Notes under the pieces: model-generated
What the model was told of the DNA's origin: nothing
Databases searched by the model: none
Seen by the model: only the letters and a program-made list of their open reading frames with translations
Assembly: GCA_025454835.1 (NCBI GenBank)
Contig: JALONQ010000011.1
Span: 420-64,419, forward strand
Direction: 5' to 3'
Origin: Bacteroidota bacterium
GTDB taxonomy: Bacteria > Bacteroidota > Ignavibacteria > UBA10030
Length of the DNA stretch: 64,000 bases
Shown here: in pieces, positions 1-9,928 of the stretch
How positions within the stretch are numbered: the first letter of the stretch is position 1
Layout: the number at the start of each line of letters is the position of its first letter
Translations under genes and position numbers: made by a program

Positions 1-1
1 C

Positions 2-772
2 TCGCCTGTGGCCAAGGTCGCCGGCGCGCCAGTGGCTGCAACTCCGGCTCCGGATCCGATGGTCAAGATCCTGGAAGGAGCGCTCGCCGAAAGCCGGCGA
101 GAACTACTCGAACTCCGGATGGAGATGATGGGCCTGCGAGATTCAGTGCGCGCGTTCGGGGCCGCCGCCCGCTACCAGCGCGATGCCTCTCTGGCCCTTG
201 CCGACAAGGTCGCTGTCTTGGAGCAACAGTACCCTACGACGCCCCGCGCGGCGTCCCCCGTCACACCAACGCCCGCACCTTCCGCTCTGGCCAAGCGCGA
301 AGCTCCATTGACGGCGCCGCAACGGCCGGACGTGTCGCTGTCTTCGGGCGCAAAGACGATGAACGTCGAGGCCGAGTATCAGGAGGGGGTGGCTCTGTTC
401 AATCGCCGACAGTATGATGATGCGCATGATTGGTTCGCGCGTCTGCTGGAGGGTGGGATCCGCGAAGACCTGGCCGATAATTGCGAATACTGGCTGGGCG
501 AATGCGACTTCGCCCGCCGGCAGTGGACGCAGGCGGTGGAATCCTTCGAGCGTGTGGTAGCGCTGCGCGGTTCCAACAAAAGGGCGGATGCCCTGCTGAT
601 GCTGGGCCAGTCGCTCCAGATGCTGCGGCAGACCTCGCGCGCACGAGCGACCTACGAACGTCTCATCCGCGAATACCCGTCATCGGCCGCGGCGCAGGTT
701 GGACGAAGCAAGCTCCGGTCGATCCCGAGAAGCGAAAGCGGCCAGGACTCCGGCGATCCGGTCATGTCCTGA
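2..772 (+). CDS. Tol-Pal-associated YbgF/CpoB-like TPR protein (5' end probably outside window)
   Basis: Frame is open to the left edge. Coiled coil, Pro-rich linker, then TPRs with YbgF-like 'LADNCEYWLGE' and 'KRADALLMLG...YERLIREYPSS'. Confidence 0.75.
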   Translation, partial: SPVAKVAGAPVAATPAPDPMVKILEGALAESRRELLELRMEMMGLRDSVRAFGAAARYQRDASLALADKVAVLEQQYPTTPRAASPVTPTPAPSALAKREAPLTAPQRPDVSLSSGAKTMNVEAEYQEGVALFNRRQYDDAHDWFARLLEGGIREDLADNCEYWLGECDFARRQWTQAVESFERVVALRGSNKRADALLMLGQSLQMLRQTSRARATYERLIREYPSSAAAQVGRSKLRSIPRSESGQDSGDPVMS

Positions 773-785
773 TGCGCCGGTTGGA

Positions 786-814
786 TTGACTCTCGCGAGC
801 CTTCTCGGTACGTT
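786..814 (+). promoter_or_regulatory. Putative sigma70 promoter TTGACT-N17-TACGTT
   Basis: Consensus-like hexamers at 17-bp spacing, ending 23 bp before the ATG at 838. Confidence 0.5.
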
Positions 815-837
815 GTCGCGAACGAACCTCCTTCGCC

Positions 838-2235
838 ATGCGCATCCAATTCTGGGGGGCCGCTCGTACCGTGACCGGCTCCCGTCACCTGCTCTCCGTC
901 AACGGCTCTCAGGTCCTCCTCGATTGCGGCCTCTACCAGGGTCGACGGCAGGAATCCTACGAGCGGAACAAGAACTTCCCCTTCGACCCCGCGTCGGTTC
1001 ATGCGGTCGTCCTGTCGCATGCCCACGCCGACCATGCCGGCAACCTGCCGAACCTGGTCCGATCCGGATTCACCGGGACCATCCACACGACCGCGGCTAC
1101 GCGCGACCTGTGCAACGTCATGCTGTACGACAGTGCGTACATCCAGGTCCGCGATGTCCAGGTCGTCAACCGGATCCATCGCAAGAAAGGTCTCCCGCCC
1201 GTCGATCCGCTGTATCTCCCCGAGGATGTGACCGCCACGATGGAACAGATCGCCTCCGTCGCGTACCGGCGAACCATCCCTGTGGCCGACGGTGTCCGGA
1301 TCACGTTCCACGACGCCGGCCATATCCTCGGTTCGGCCGTCACCGCGATCGACCTTTCGGAACAAGGCCGCTCGGTGCGGTTGGGGTTCACCGGCGATCT
1401 GGGACGCAAGGCGATGCCGATCCTGAAGGATCCCGAGCCGATGGGCGATGCGGATGTGTTGATCTGCGAGAGCACCTACGGCGGACGCCAGCACGAATCT
1501 CGTGACGGAATGAAGGAGCGTCTTGCGGCCGTCATCAAGGCCACGGCCGACAGGGGAGGGAAGGTGATCGTGCCGGCCTTCAGCCTGGGCCGCACCCAGG
1601 AGTTCGTCTACATCCTCTTCGAACTGCTCGACGCCGGGCTGTTGCCCTCGATACCCGTCTACGTCGACAGTCCGCTGGCCGTGAATGCGACCGAGGTGTT
1701 CCGCATGCACCCGGAGTGCTTCGACCAGGAAACCTTGGCGCTTCTCCATCGGCACGAAGACCCCTTTGGCTGGGGCCGCTTGCGCTATGTCCGGAGCGTG
1801 GATGAATCGAAGGCGCTCAACACGCACGACGGACCGTGCGTCATCATTTCGGCCTCGGGCATGTGCGAGGCCGGACGCGTGCTCCACCACCTGGCCAATT
1901 CGGTCGGCGACCCGAAGAACACAGTGCTCATCATCAGCTACCAGGCGGAACACACGCTGGGGCGGCGGCTGGTGGACCGCGCTCCGGAAGTGAAGATCAT
2001 GGGCGATGTCTACCCCGTCCGGGCGCAGGTAACGAAACTGAACGCGTTCTCAGCCCACGCCGGCCAGGACGAACTCGTCGAGTATGTCTCATCGATGGAC
2101 TTGAAACGTCTTCGGACCGTCGCTTTGGTGCACGGTGAGCCCACCCAAGCTGAACAGCTGAAAGCCGCGCTCGAAGCTCGAGGGGTCCGGAAGGTCGTCG
2201 TTCCGGATGTGGGAGATACGCTGGATCTAACATGA
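838..2235 (+). CDS. MBL-fold beta-CASP ribonuclease (YSH1/CPSF73-like)
   Basis: GAARTVTGS, LLDCG, SHAHADH (HxHxDH), AGHILGS, ESTYG, SASGM, FSAHA and VHGE motifs. Confidence 0.9.
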   Translation: MRIQFWGAARTVTGSRHLLSVNGSQVLLDCGLYQGRRQESYERNKNFPFDPASVHAVVLSHAHADHAGNLPNLVRSGFTGTIHTTAATRDLCNVMLYDSAYIQVRDVQVVNRIHRKKGLPPVDPLYLPEDVTATMEQIASVAYRRTIPVADGVRITFHDAGHILGSAVTAIDLSEQGRSVRLGFTGDLGRKAMPILKDPEPMGDADVLICESTYGGRQHESRDGMKERLAAVIKATADRGGKVIVPAFSLGRTQEFVYILFELLDAGLLPSIPVYVDSPLAVNATEVFRMHPECFDQETLALLHRHEDPFGWGRLRYVRSVDESKALNTHDGPCVIISASGMCEAGRVLHHLANSVGDPKNTVLIISYQAEHTLGRRLVDRAPEVKIMGDVYPVRAQVTKLNAFSAHAGQDELVEYVSSMDLKRLRTVALVHGEPTQAEQLKAALEARGVRKVVVPDVGDTLDLT

Positions 2236-3083
2236 AGATCCTCATCAGCGGCGGAAGCGGCTTGGTCGGCCGGGGGGTGGTCCCCGACCTGTCACGCGAC
2301 CATCGGGTCGACGTCCTGGACCTCAAGAACCCGGCCGGCGAACACTCCAGTTTCCTCCGGGCCGACATCCTCAGCCTGTCATCGCTGACGCGCGTGATCC
2401 ACGACTACGATGCCGTCGTCCATCTGGCCGGGATCCCCCATCCGCTCAACGACCCTCCCGAGAAAGTGTTTCAAGTGAACACCGTTGGGACGTTCAACAT
2501 GTTGGAGGCGTGTGCGCTGACGAGTATCCCGAAATTCATCTTCATGTCGAGTGAATCCACGCTGGGGTTTGCATTCTCCAAGACCCGGATGTGGCCCGAA
2601 TACCTGCCGATCGACGAAGAGCATCCCCTGCGCCCGCAGGATCCCTACGGCCTCAGCAAGGTCTCCGGCGAAATGCTCTGCGCAGCGTATCAACGCACCT
2701 ACGGAATGGAAACGATCTCCCTGCGGGCCCCGTGGATCTGGGTGAATGAACCGGCCGAGATGGAGAACTACCGTCGCTTGGTGCGGGAACCGGAGCGGTG
2801 GGCGAAGAATCTTTGGGCGTACATCCATGTGCGCGACGTCAGCCAAGCGATCCGACGGGCCCTCGCGGCCGATCCGTTCGGGCGGCATGAGGCCTTTTTC
2901 ATCTGCGCCGACGATCAGTGGACCGACCTTCCGACGCGAGCGCTGGTCAAAGAGTTCTACCCCGAAGTGCGCCTCGCGGCCGACGCGCTGCCAGGCCGCA
3001 GCGCCCTCATCTCCACCGAAAAAGCCGCCTCACTGCTGCGATTCCGCCCCGAATGCTCCCGCGACGACCTGCTCCGTCCATGA
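2232..3083 (+). CDS. NAD-dependent epimerase/dehydratase (extended SDR)
   Basis: SGGSGLVG Rossmann motif, VVHLAG, YGLSK (YxxxK), IHVRDV; ATGA overlap with upstream gene. Confidence 0.88.
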   Translation: MKILISGGSGLVGRGVVPDLSRDHRVDVLDLKNPAGEHSSFLRADILSLSSLTRVIHDYDAVVHLAGIPHPLNDPPEKVFQVNTVGTFNMLEACALTSIPKFIFMSSESTLGFAFSKTRMWPEYLPIDEEHPLRPQDPYGLSKVSGEMLCAAYQRTYGMETISLRAPWIWVNEPAEMENYRRLVREPERWAKNLWAYIHVRDVSQAIRRALAADPFGRHEAFFICADDQWTDLPTRALVKEFYPEVRLAADALPGRSALISTEKAASLLRFRPECSRDDLLRP

Positions 3084-4012
3084 AGCGCCGCCCGGTGCTC
3101 ATTGATACCGACACCGGCGTCGACGACGCCATGGCGCTCGGACTTGCCTTCTGTTCGCCTGAGATCGAGATCGTCGGCATCACGACCGTTGCGGGCAATG
3201 TCGAGGTCCAGCGTTGCACGCGCAATGTGCATGCTCTCATGGATCGACTGGGCGTTGACCCGCGTCCACGTGTCGTCGCAGGAGCCGCGAGGCCGTCGAA
3301 GCTTTCCCTCGTGACCGCTCCCGAAGTGCACGGCCGCGGAGGCATGGGCACGCTGACGCCGCCGTCGGCCCCGCCGGTGAAGGCTGGCGCCGCGAAGGCC
3401 GCTCATGTCATGGCTCAAAAAGCGGCCAAGCATGGAACTGATCTCACCATCGTCGCCATCGGCCCTTTAACGAATCTCGCCGCCGCCTATCGGCTGGCGC
3501 CGGCGCTGATGCGCTCGGTCGGCCGCGTGATCTCGATGGGAGGGGCCTTCCATGTCCCCGGCAATACCGGCCCCGTGGCAGAGTTCAACTACTTCGTCGA
3601 CCCACATGCCGTCGAAACGGTGTTGAGCCTTGCGTCGGACCTCCTCATCGTTCCCCTGGACGTGACCGAGCAATTGATCCTGACGTGGAAGGATGCGGAG
3701 CGACTCACGCAGCGTCCATCGGCCCGATGGAGACAGCGGCTCTTGCGCGGCTACATGCAGTACCACGAACTGACCGAGGGATTCCTGGGGGCCTACCTGC
3801 ACGACCCCATCGCCGTGGCCGAAGCCATTCAGCCGGGGATCCTGCACGCCGAACCCGCAGACGTTTCGATCGTGGCGAGAGAGGGCCCCGCCCGTGGCCT
3901 GACCTCAGAAAAGGCACCCACGTCCCGGGTGCGTCAGCGCACACAGATCGCTCGCTCCTTGGATGCCCCTGCTTTCCTGGAGCTGTTCGATCGATTCTGG
4001 ACCGCCGTATGA
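3080..4012 (+). CDS. Nucleoside hydrolase (IU-NH/Rih family)
   Basis: IDTDTGVDDA (DxDxxxDD), TTVAGN, IGPLTNLA, AEFN, LHDP; start taken at the ATGA overlap at 3080. Confidence 0.9.
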   Translation: MKRRPVLIDTDTGVDDAMALGLAFCSPEIEIVGITTVAGNVEVQRCTRNVHALMDRLGVDPRPRVVAGAARPSKLSLVTAPEVHGRGGMGTLTPPSAPPVKAGAAKAAHVMAQKAAKHGTDLTIVAIGPLTNLAAAYRLAPALMRSVGRVISMGGAFHVPGNTGPVAEFNYFVDPHAVETVLSLASDLLIVPLDVTEQLILTWKDAERLTQRPSARWRQRLLRGYMQYHELTEGFLGAYLHDPIAVAEAIQPGILHAEPADVSIVAREGPARGLTSEKAPTSRVRQRTQIARSLDAPAFLELFDRFWTAV

Positions 4013-5895
4013 TCCTGGCCCGTCTGATCGGCCTCTCAGCACTCGTGTTGGGCTCCGTTACAGCCCAGGAATGGCCGATCTACGGGGGCTCCCCCGCAAG
4101 TACCGACACGCTCCCCGGAGCGCACTTCCGGTTCGAGCGCATGCTGAACACGTTCTCGTGGAACGGCGGCATGGTGGTCGAAGCCGCCGAGGGTCCCTGG
4201 CGCTTTCGCGCCGACCAGCGTCTCTCCGCCCGATTGATCCGGGCGGGCCGCTCCTTGCGGCAGGAAGAGTATCGTGGACGCGTCGTGGTGGATCATTCCT
4301 TCGGCCAAGACTGGGGAGCGATCGCTCAGCAGCGTTCGTCGAGCGTCACCGGTCCGGCCGGCATCGACCTTGGTGATGTGTCTCAGCATCTCGTGTTGGG
4401 GGGCGTGCGAGTCGGTTCGGCTTTCGGACCTCGGCTGACGGGTCTGCTCGGTTGGGAATGGAACCGGCAGCTTGGACGCGATGATGCGGGCTTGTCGGGG
4501 AGCGTGACCGGAGAGGTCCCGGGCGTGACCTGGGAGCAGCTTCAGATGCAGGGAAGGGGAGCGTGGTCGGCGTCGGAACTCGGGGACCGCCGTCCGTCGG
4601 ATGCCGCGGTGGAGGTCTCACTCCGCCGTCCGTTCGAAGAGGGGTCGGCCTATGCTCTGACGGCGTCGTACGAAGCCCAACGTCGTGACCTGCCGGCGGT
4701 GGGAAGCGGTCTCTCCGGCGGAGGGGCCGTGGACGCTGGGGCGCTGTTGCGTCGGCAGGAGGAGCAAGCTTCCGTTCGCCAGTCGCTGACTTGGTTCATC
4801 GATCCGACGCTCCGCGGCGCGATCGATGCCGGTTGGACCAGCCGTCAGATCGAACGCCGTTACTCCGTCGTTGGCGGACCGTTGCCGGCGGGCATTCGTC
4901 GATCAGAACTTGCGGCGGGTGCTCGACTGATGTGGAGCCCGTCGGCGAAGTGGTGGAATGATCTGTCGATGGGATTCACGCGGGGCGAGGAACAGCACGA
5001 GGTGCTGGAGGCCGATGGGTCGGACCCCACGGCGATCGACGAGCAATGGCGCCAGGCTCGACGTCGCAACCATCAGTCACAGCGGATCGTTCTGGCGGTC
5101 CGAGGCGGATCGGCGATCTCTGACGCCACGGACCTGACCGTTTCAGCTTCCTCGAACATCCTGAGGTACGATACGCCCGACACGCTCAACACGGACGATC
5201 GCGATGAGCTCCTCCTCACGGCTTCGGCGGAGTTGATGCACCGGGTCGGGCCCCGGCTCGTATTACAGCTGGTCGTGGACGGAGCCGTCGACCATCTCGT
5301 GTTCCTGAGCCGGTTCCAAAGCTCGAACAATGTGACCATCCGCACACTCCGGCTGGCCCCGGCCGTGATCTGGGGCATGCGCGGTGGTTTCCTCAATGTC
5401 CTGCGTGCGGAGGTCGCGGCATCGTATTCGGCGTTCGATTTCGAGGATCGGGTGGGAGGTGTGCAGAGCTATTCCTACCGTCAGGCGATGTGGAGCGACT
5501 CGCTTCTGGTCCCTTTGGGCAGGTCGGTTCAGTTGGAATTCACTGGATCTCTGCGTTTATTTGAGCGAGGCCTGTTCCGTTGGAGGGATTTTCGCGAACG
5601 GCCCGAGCGGATGTTCGTCGAATTGGCCTTGTGGCCCCGGATGAGGGTTGTTCGATGGTCGTACGGCTCGCTGGCAGTCGGGTTTCGTTCCTTCAGGCAG
5701 GAACGGTCTGTCATACGCGACGGAGTTCGCGCCTTCGACGGAGCCATCGGCTCTTCCGGCCCGACCGTCGAATTTGAGTTCGCATGGCCATCGGCACGCC
5801 TGGCTCTGACCGGTTGGCGCGAGACCCAACGTACCGAAGGGCGGACGGTCGCCTCCATCTCCAACGTGACATTGCAGGTCCGAACCCCTTTTTGA
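4009..5895 (+). CDS. Hypothetical outer-membrane beta-barrel-like protein
   Basis: Signal peptide MILARLIGLSALVLGSVTA|Q, many amphipathic beta-strand patterns, C-terminal Phe; ATGA overlap. Confidence 0.6.
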   Translation: MILARLIGLSALVLGSVTAQEWPIYGGSPASTDTLPGAHFRFERMLNTFSWNGGMVVEAAEGPWRFRADQRLSARLIRAGRSLRQEEYRGRVVVDHSFGQDWGAIAQQRSSSVTGPAGIDLGDVSQHLVLGGVRVGSAFGPRLTGLLGWEWNRQLGRDDAGLSGSVTGEVPGVTWEQLQMQGRGAWSASELGDRRPSDAAVEVSLRRPFEEGSAYALTASYEAQRRDLPAVGSGLSGGGAVDAGALLRRQEEQASVRQSLTWFIDPTLRGAIDAGWTSRQIERRYSVVGGPLPAGIRRSELAAGARLMWSPSAKWWNDLSMGFTRGEEQHEVLEADGSDPTAIDEQWRQARRRNHQSQRIVLAVRGGSAISDATDLTVSASSNILRYDTPDTLNTDDRDELLLTASAELMHRVGPRLVLQLVVDGAVDHLVFLSRFQSSNNVTIRTLRLAPAVIWGMRGGFLNVLRAEVAASYSAFDFEDRVGGVQSYSYRQAMWSDSLLVPLGRSVQLEFTGSLRLFERGLFRWRDFRERPERMFVELALWPRMRVVRWSYGSLAVGFRSFRQERSVIRDGVRAFDGAIGSSGPTVEFEFAWPSARLALTGWRETQRTEGRTVASISNVTLQVRTPF

Positions 5896-5906
5896 GGTCA
5901 TGACGT

Positions 5907-6365
5907 ATGATGTCATCTTCCGGACGTGAACAGGATGCTTCGCCGGATCGGTGCCGGTTCCAGCTCATCCTGACAAGCGCTCCGCATGAGATCCAGAGGG
6001 TCGAGAAGTTCCTGACGAAGGCGAACGCGACGATCGGCCTTGACGACGGAACGATGTACCGTGTGCTCGTGGCAGCCACAGAAGCCGTCAACAACGCCAT
6101 CCTGCACGGGAATCACTCCGACCCTTCGAAGGAGGTCCGGCTGTGTGTGCGGACCACCAAGCGTTTCCTCACCATCCGTGTGGACGATGAGGGCCAGGGT
6201 TTCGACGCCTCCTCGCTGCCCAACCCGCTTGATGATGAGAACCTGTTGAAGGAACACGGACGGGGAGTGTTTCTGATCCGATCCCTCATGGACGACCTGA
6301 AGTTCCTTCGGTTCAAGAAGGGCTCGGCCATCGTCATGAAGGTCCGGCTTGATCGGCTCAGGTAG
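5907..6365 (+). CDS. RsbW-like anti-sigma factor / Ser-Thr kinase (HATPase_c)
   Basis: EAVNNAILHGN (N box), DEGQGFD (G1), GRGVFLI (G2). Confidence 0.85.
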   Translation: MMSSSGREQDASPDRCRFQLILTSAPHEIQRVEKFLTKANATIGLDDGTMYRVLVAATEAVNNAILHGNHSDPSKEVRLCVRTTKRFLTIRVDDEGQGFDASSLPNPLDDENLLKEHGRGVFLIRSLMDDLKFLRFKKGSAIVMKVRLDRLR

Positions 6366-6402
6366 GTCGGCGCTTCGGCGAGCGTGCCAAAAGCGCAAAT
6401 GA

Positions 6403-6470
6403 AAGGGGCTTCCTGGAAGACAGGAAGCCCCTTCGTTGTTCAGAGCCCTCGCGAAAATTCGGAGGGCTTT
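6403..6470. terminator. Two hairpins between convergent genes (bidirectional termination region)
   Basis: 13-bp stem AAGGGGCTTCCTG/CAGGAAGCCCCTT (6403-6433) and AGCCCTC/GAGGGCT (6444-6468). Confidence 0.7.
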
Positions 6471-6480
6471 CAGACGTGGA

Positions 6481-7743
6481 TCAGAAGGCGTAGCTGACGT
6501 TGGCGGCGAACAGATTGGCGCCGCTCGTGTACAGACCGTTGAATGTCGCCGGGCCGCCATAGCGTTCCGTCGTAAGGATCATCATATAGGCTACATCGAC
6601 CGTGATCTGCTCGTTCACCTTGTAGCCAGCACCAAGGGTAAGATCTTTCTTGTCCCAATCGGGCAGACGGGGTTCCATCTTGTCCACGGGCTGCGGAGTA
6701 TTGTCCATGACGAAGCCCGCCCGAAGCATGATCTTATCATTCAAGGTGTACTCCGCACCGAAGCGGAACATGTGACCATCCTCCCACTTCTGGATCTGCG
6801 TCGTCGATCGTTGCAGCGGAATACCAACCAACTGCGGCGGGAAGCCGGCACCAGCCGGCACTGGAGGTCCAGTCGGTACGTTCAATTTCAATTCCTCGTA
6901 GGCACTCCATCCAACCATCTGATATTCGAGCGCGACGACGAGTTCGGGCAGGACTTTGTAGGCCGCTCCAACTTGCAGGTTCGATGGCATTGGCAGGGTC
7001 GCGTTTCCATCTCCTCCCGGGAAGAGACCTTGAGCAGCGCCCATGCCGGTGGCAGTCAACTTTCCTTTGAATTCGACGTCGGCAAGGGTCCGATATGACG
7101 CACCGACCGAAAGCTTGTCATTGAATTGATACAGTACGCCAATGTTAAAGCTCACGGCCGTGCTCGCGTCGGCATCGAGAGCAACGAGTCCCTCGTTGAG
7201 AGGCGCCAGGGGCTTGTAGGAGAGATTCACGCTTCCCATCAGAATGCTGACACCCGCCCCAAAGGACAGTTTGTCATTGAATTTGTAGGCGACCGTGGGA
7301 TTGATGGCGATGACCTGCATCTCCGAGTTGATAGAGAGGCTTCGACCTACCCAGTTGGCGGGCCATTTCGTACCGAGACCGAATGGGGCATAGATCCCCA
7401 ATCCGACAAACCACTGGTCGTTGATCTGATACGATCCATAGAGGTTGGGAGGAAAGAATGTCTGGCTCTCCATCTCCGTCACCGTCGTACCAGCGCCCGG
7501 TCCTTTGAATTTGGAGGAGGGCATGATGAGCGTTCCTCCGAGCATGACGTTGATGCCTTTCATGTTCGTCAGCCCTGCGGCATTGCTGTACATCGCAGAC
7601 AGGTCGAGCGCTCGGGACGCCCACGCGCCGCCAAATCCCATCGCTCGGGCGCCATGCTCGTTGATCTGCCAGCCTCCGCCGTAGAGCGCCGAAGTCACCA
7701 TGACGACGGCGATCAACATCGACAGGCTTCGCGAGAATTTCAT
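6481..7743 (-). CDS. fadL: OmpP1/FadL family long-chain fatty-acid outer-membrane transporter
   Basis: Signal peptide then GGWQINEHGARAMGFGGA, SNAAGL, APFGLGTKW, INPTVAYK, RLPD; C-terminal YAF; GGAGG RBS. Confidence 0.88.
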   Translation of the reverse strand: MKFSRSLSMLIAVVMVTSALYGGGWQINEHGARAMGFGGAWASRALDLSAMYSNAAGLTNMKGINVMLGGTLIMPSSKFKGPGAGTTVTEMESQTFFPPNLYGSYQINDQWFVGLGIYAPFGLGTKWPANWVGRSLSINSEMQVIAINPTVAYKFNDKLSFGAGVSILMGSVNLSYKPLAPLNEGLVALDADASTAVSFNIGVLYQFNDKLSVGASYRTLADVEFKGKLTATGMGAAQGLFPGGDGNATLPMPSNLQVGAAYKVLPELVVALEYQMVGWSAYEELKLNVPTGPPVPAGAGFPPQLVGIPLQRSTTQIQKWEDGHMFRFGAEYTLNDKIMLRAGFVMDNTPQPVDKMEPRLPDWDKKDLTLGAGYKVNEQITVDVAYMMILTTERYGGPATFNGLYTSGANLFAANVSYAF

Positions 7744-7947
7744 AAAACCTCCCTATGTGAGTGAACCAGTGAGTGGCGAGCCCAGCTCGCCGGTACATCA
7801 AATTCGGATGGCGACCCTGCTCGATCGAACGTTGATACTCCCACATTCGAGCCGTACCGTTCTGCAGCAACCCGCGCGGCGGCATCATCATCCCGCTCCG
7901 CGCATTGGGCGGCAACGGTGCTGTCAATGCTCGAGGTGAACGGGATG

Positions 7948-7976
7948 AATCTACTTGACGGACGCCGAAATGTCAA
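7948..7976 (-). promoter_or_regulatory. Putative sigma70 promoter TTGACA-N17-TAGATT for fadL
   Basis: Perfect -35 and near-consensus -10 on the minus strand, about 200 nt upstream of fadL. Confidence 0.55.
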
Positions 7977-8061
7977 CGTGCTGGGTTCTCTATCTTGGGA
8001 ACCCTCCAAAATCCGGGAAAGCAAGCACAAAGGGGTCGATCCTGATGCCCCCTCGGGGGGC

Positions 8062-8104
8062 AACAACGCAGAAGGGCCCGCATGCATCCGCACACGGGCC
8101 CTTC
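8062..8104 (-). terminator. Putative terminator downstream of mdh
   Basis: 10-bp stem GAAGGGCCCG/CGGGCCCTTC followed on the minus strand by TGCGTTGTT. Confidence 0.5.
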
Positions 8105-8127
8105 CGTTGACTCGATGATCCCATCCG

Positions 8128-9102
<975 letters not shown>

Positions 9103-9105
9103 TCA

Positions 9106-9194
9106 ACCGCAAAGAACAGAAAGGACGCAAAGGTGATAGGCAACAGCTACCTATTCATCTTTGCGTCCTTTGCGTCCTTGGCGTCCTTGGCGGT
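9106..9194. repeat. Palindromic element built from 9-bp units (GACGCAAAG / CTTTGCGTC)
   Basis: Left arm ACCGCAAAG AACAGAAAG GACGCAAAG; right arm CTTTGCGTC CTTTGCGTC CTTGGCGTC CTTGGCGGT. Confidence 0.85.
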
Positions 9195-9227
9195 CGGAAA
9201 CGGGACCCTCAACGGTGCTCGTTGAGT

Positions 9228-9257
9228 ACAAAGAAGCCCCGCGCATGGCACGGGGCT
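9228..9257 (-). terminator. Putative terminator after rpmA
   Basis: AGCCCCG/CGGGGCT stem followed on the minus strand by TCTTTGT. Confidence 0.5.
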
Positions 9258-9271
9258 GGACGAAAATGGCT

Positions 9272-9529
9272 TCAGGCGGCTGGATGCACGCTCACGCGCT
9301 GCTTCACTTTGCCGACCCGCTCGAATCGCACGACGCCGTCGACGAGGGCGAAGAGCGTGTCATCGCTCCCGATGCCGACGTTTGTGCCGGGATGCATCTT
9401 GGTGCCACGCTGGCGGACCAGGATGTTCCCCGCGCGGACAGCCTGTCCGCCGAACTTCTTGACGCCGAGACGTTGGGCATTGCTGTCACGGCCGTTCTTG
9501 GTACTGCCTGCGCCTTTTTTGTGTGCCAT
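9272..9529 (-). CDS. rpmA: 50S ribosomal protein L27
   Basis: [24 protein letters not shown]...[10 protein letters not shown]. Confidence 0.98.
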   Translation of the reverse strand: MAHKKGAGSTKNGRDSNAQRLGVKKFGGQAVRAGNILVRQRGTKMHPGTNVGIGSDDTLFALVDGVVRFERVGKVKQRVSVHPAA

Positions 9530-9543
9530 ATCAGGTTCCTCGT

Positions 9544-9852
9544 TTACGCGACCTTGACGATCTCGACCTGCGTGTAGTTCTGCCGGTGCCCGCGAAGGAC
9601 CTTGTAGCCCTTCCGCTTCTTCTTCTTGAACACCGTGACCTTATCGTCCTTGGCGTGCTTCAGCACCTTCGCCTCGACGAACGATCCGGTGAGGTAGGGC
9701 GAGCCGACCGTGGTCTCGGCCTCGTCGCTCTTCAGGAGGACCTTGTCGAATTTCACCGTCGCGCCGACGTCCGACCGAAGGAGCGGTACCATGACCTTTT
9801 GGTCCTTCGACACTTTGACCTGCGACCCTGCGATTTCTACGATTGCGTACAT
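9544..9852 (-). CDS. rplU: 50S ribosomal protein L21
   Basis: [14 protein letters not shown]...[13 protein letters not shown]...GHRQ; adjacent to rpmA. Confidence 0.97.
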   Translation of the reverse strand: MYAIVEIAGSQVKVSKDQKVMVPLLRSDVGATVKFDKVLLKSDEAETTVGSPYLTGSFVEAKVLKHAKDDKVTVFKKKKRKGYKVLRGHRQNYTQVEIVKVA

Positions 9853-9883
9853 GCGTAATCCCAGCGAATAATGTTAGGCAACC

Positions 9884-9912
9884 AAAATAGCCTTTTTGGG
9901 CTGAAAAGTCAA
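9884..9912 (-). promoter_or_regulatory. Putative sigma70 promoter TTGACT-N17-TATTTT for rplU-rpmA
   Basis: Minus-strand hexamers at 17-bp spacing in an AT-rich spacer. Confidence 0.55.
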
Positions 9913-9928
9913 CGAGATTTCGTTTCCA

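Noticed and set aside
838-2235. Metallo-beta-lactamase resistance gene
   Set aside because: beta-CASP motifs, its length and the lack of a signal peptide indicate an RNase.
9106-9194. CRISPR array
   Set aside because: Units are 8-9 bp in tandem with no unique spacers, and there are no cas genes.
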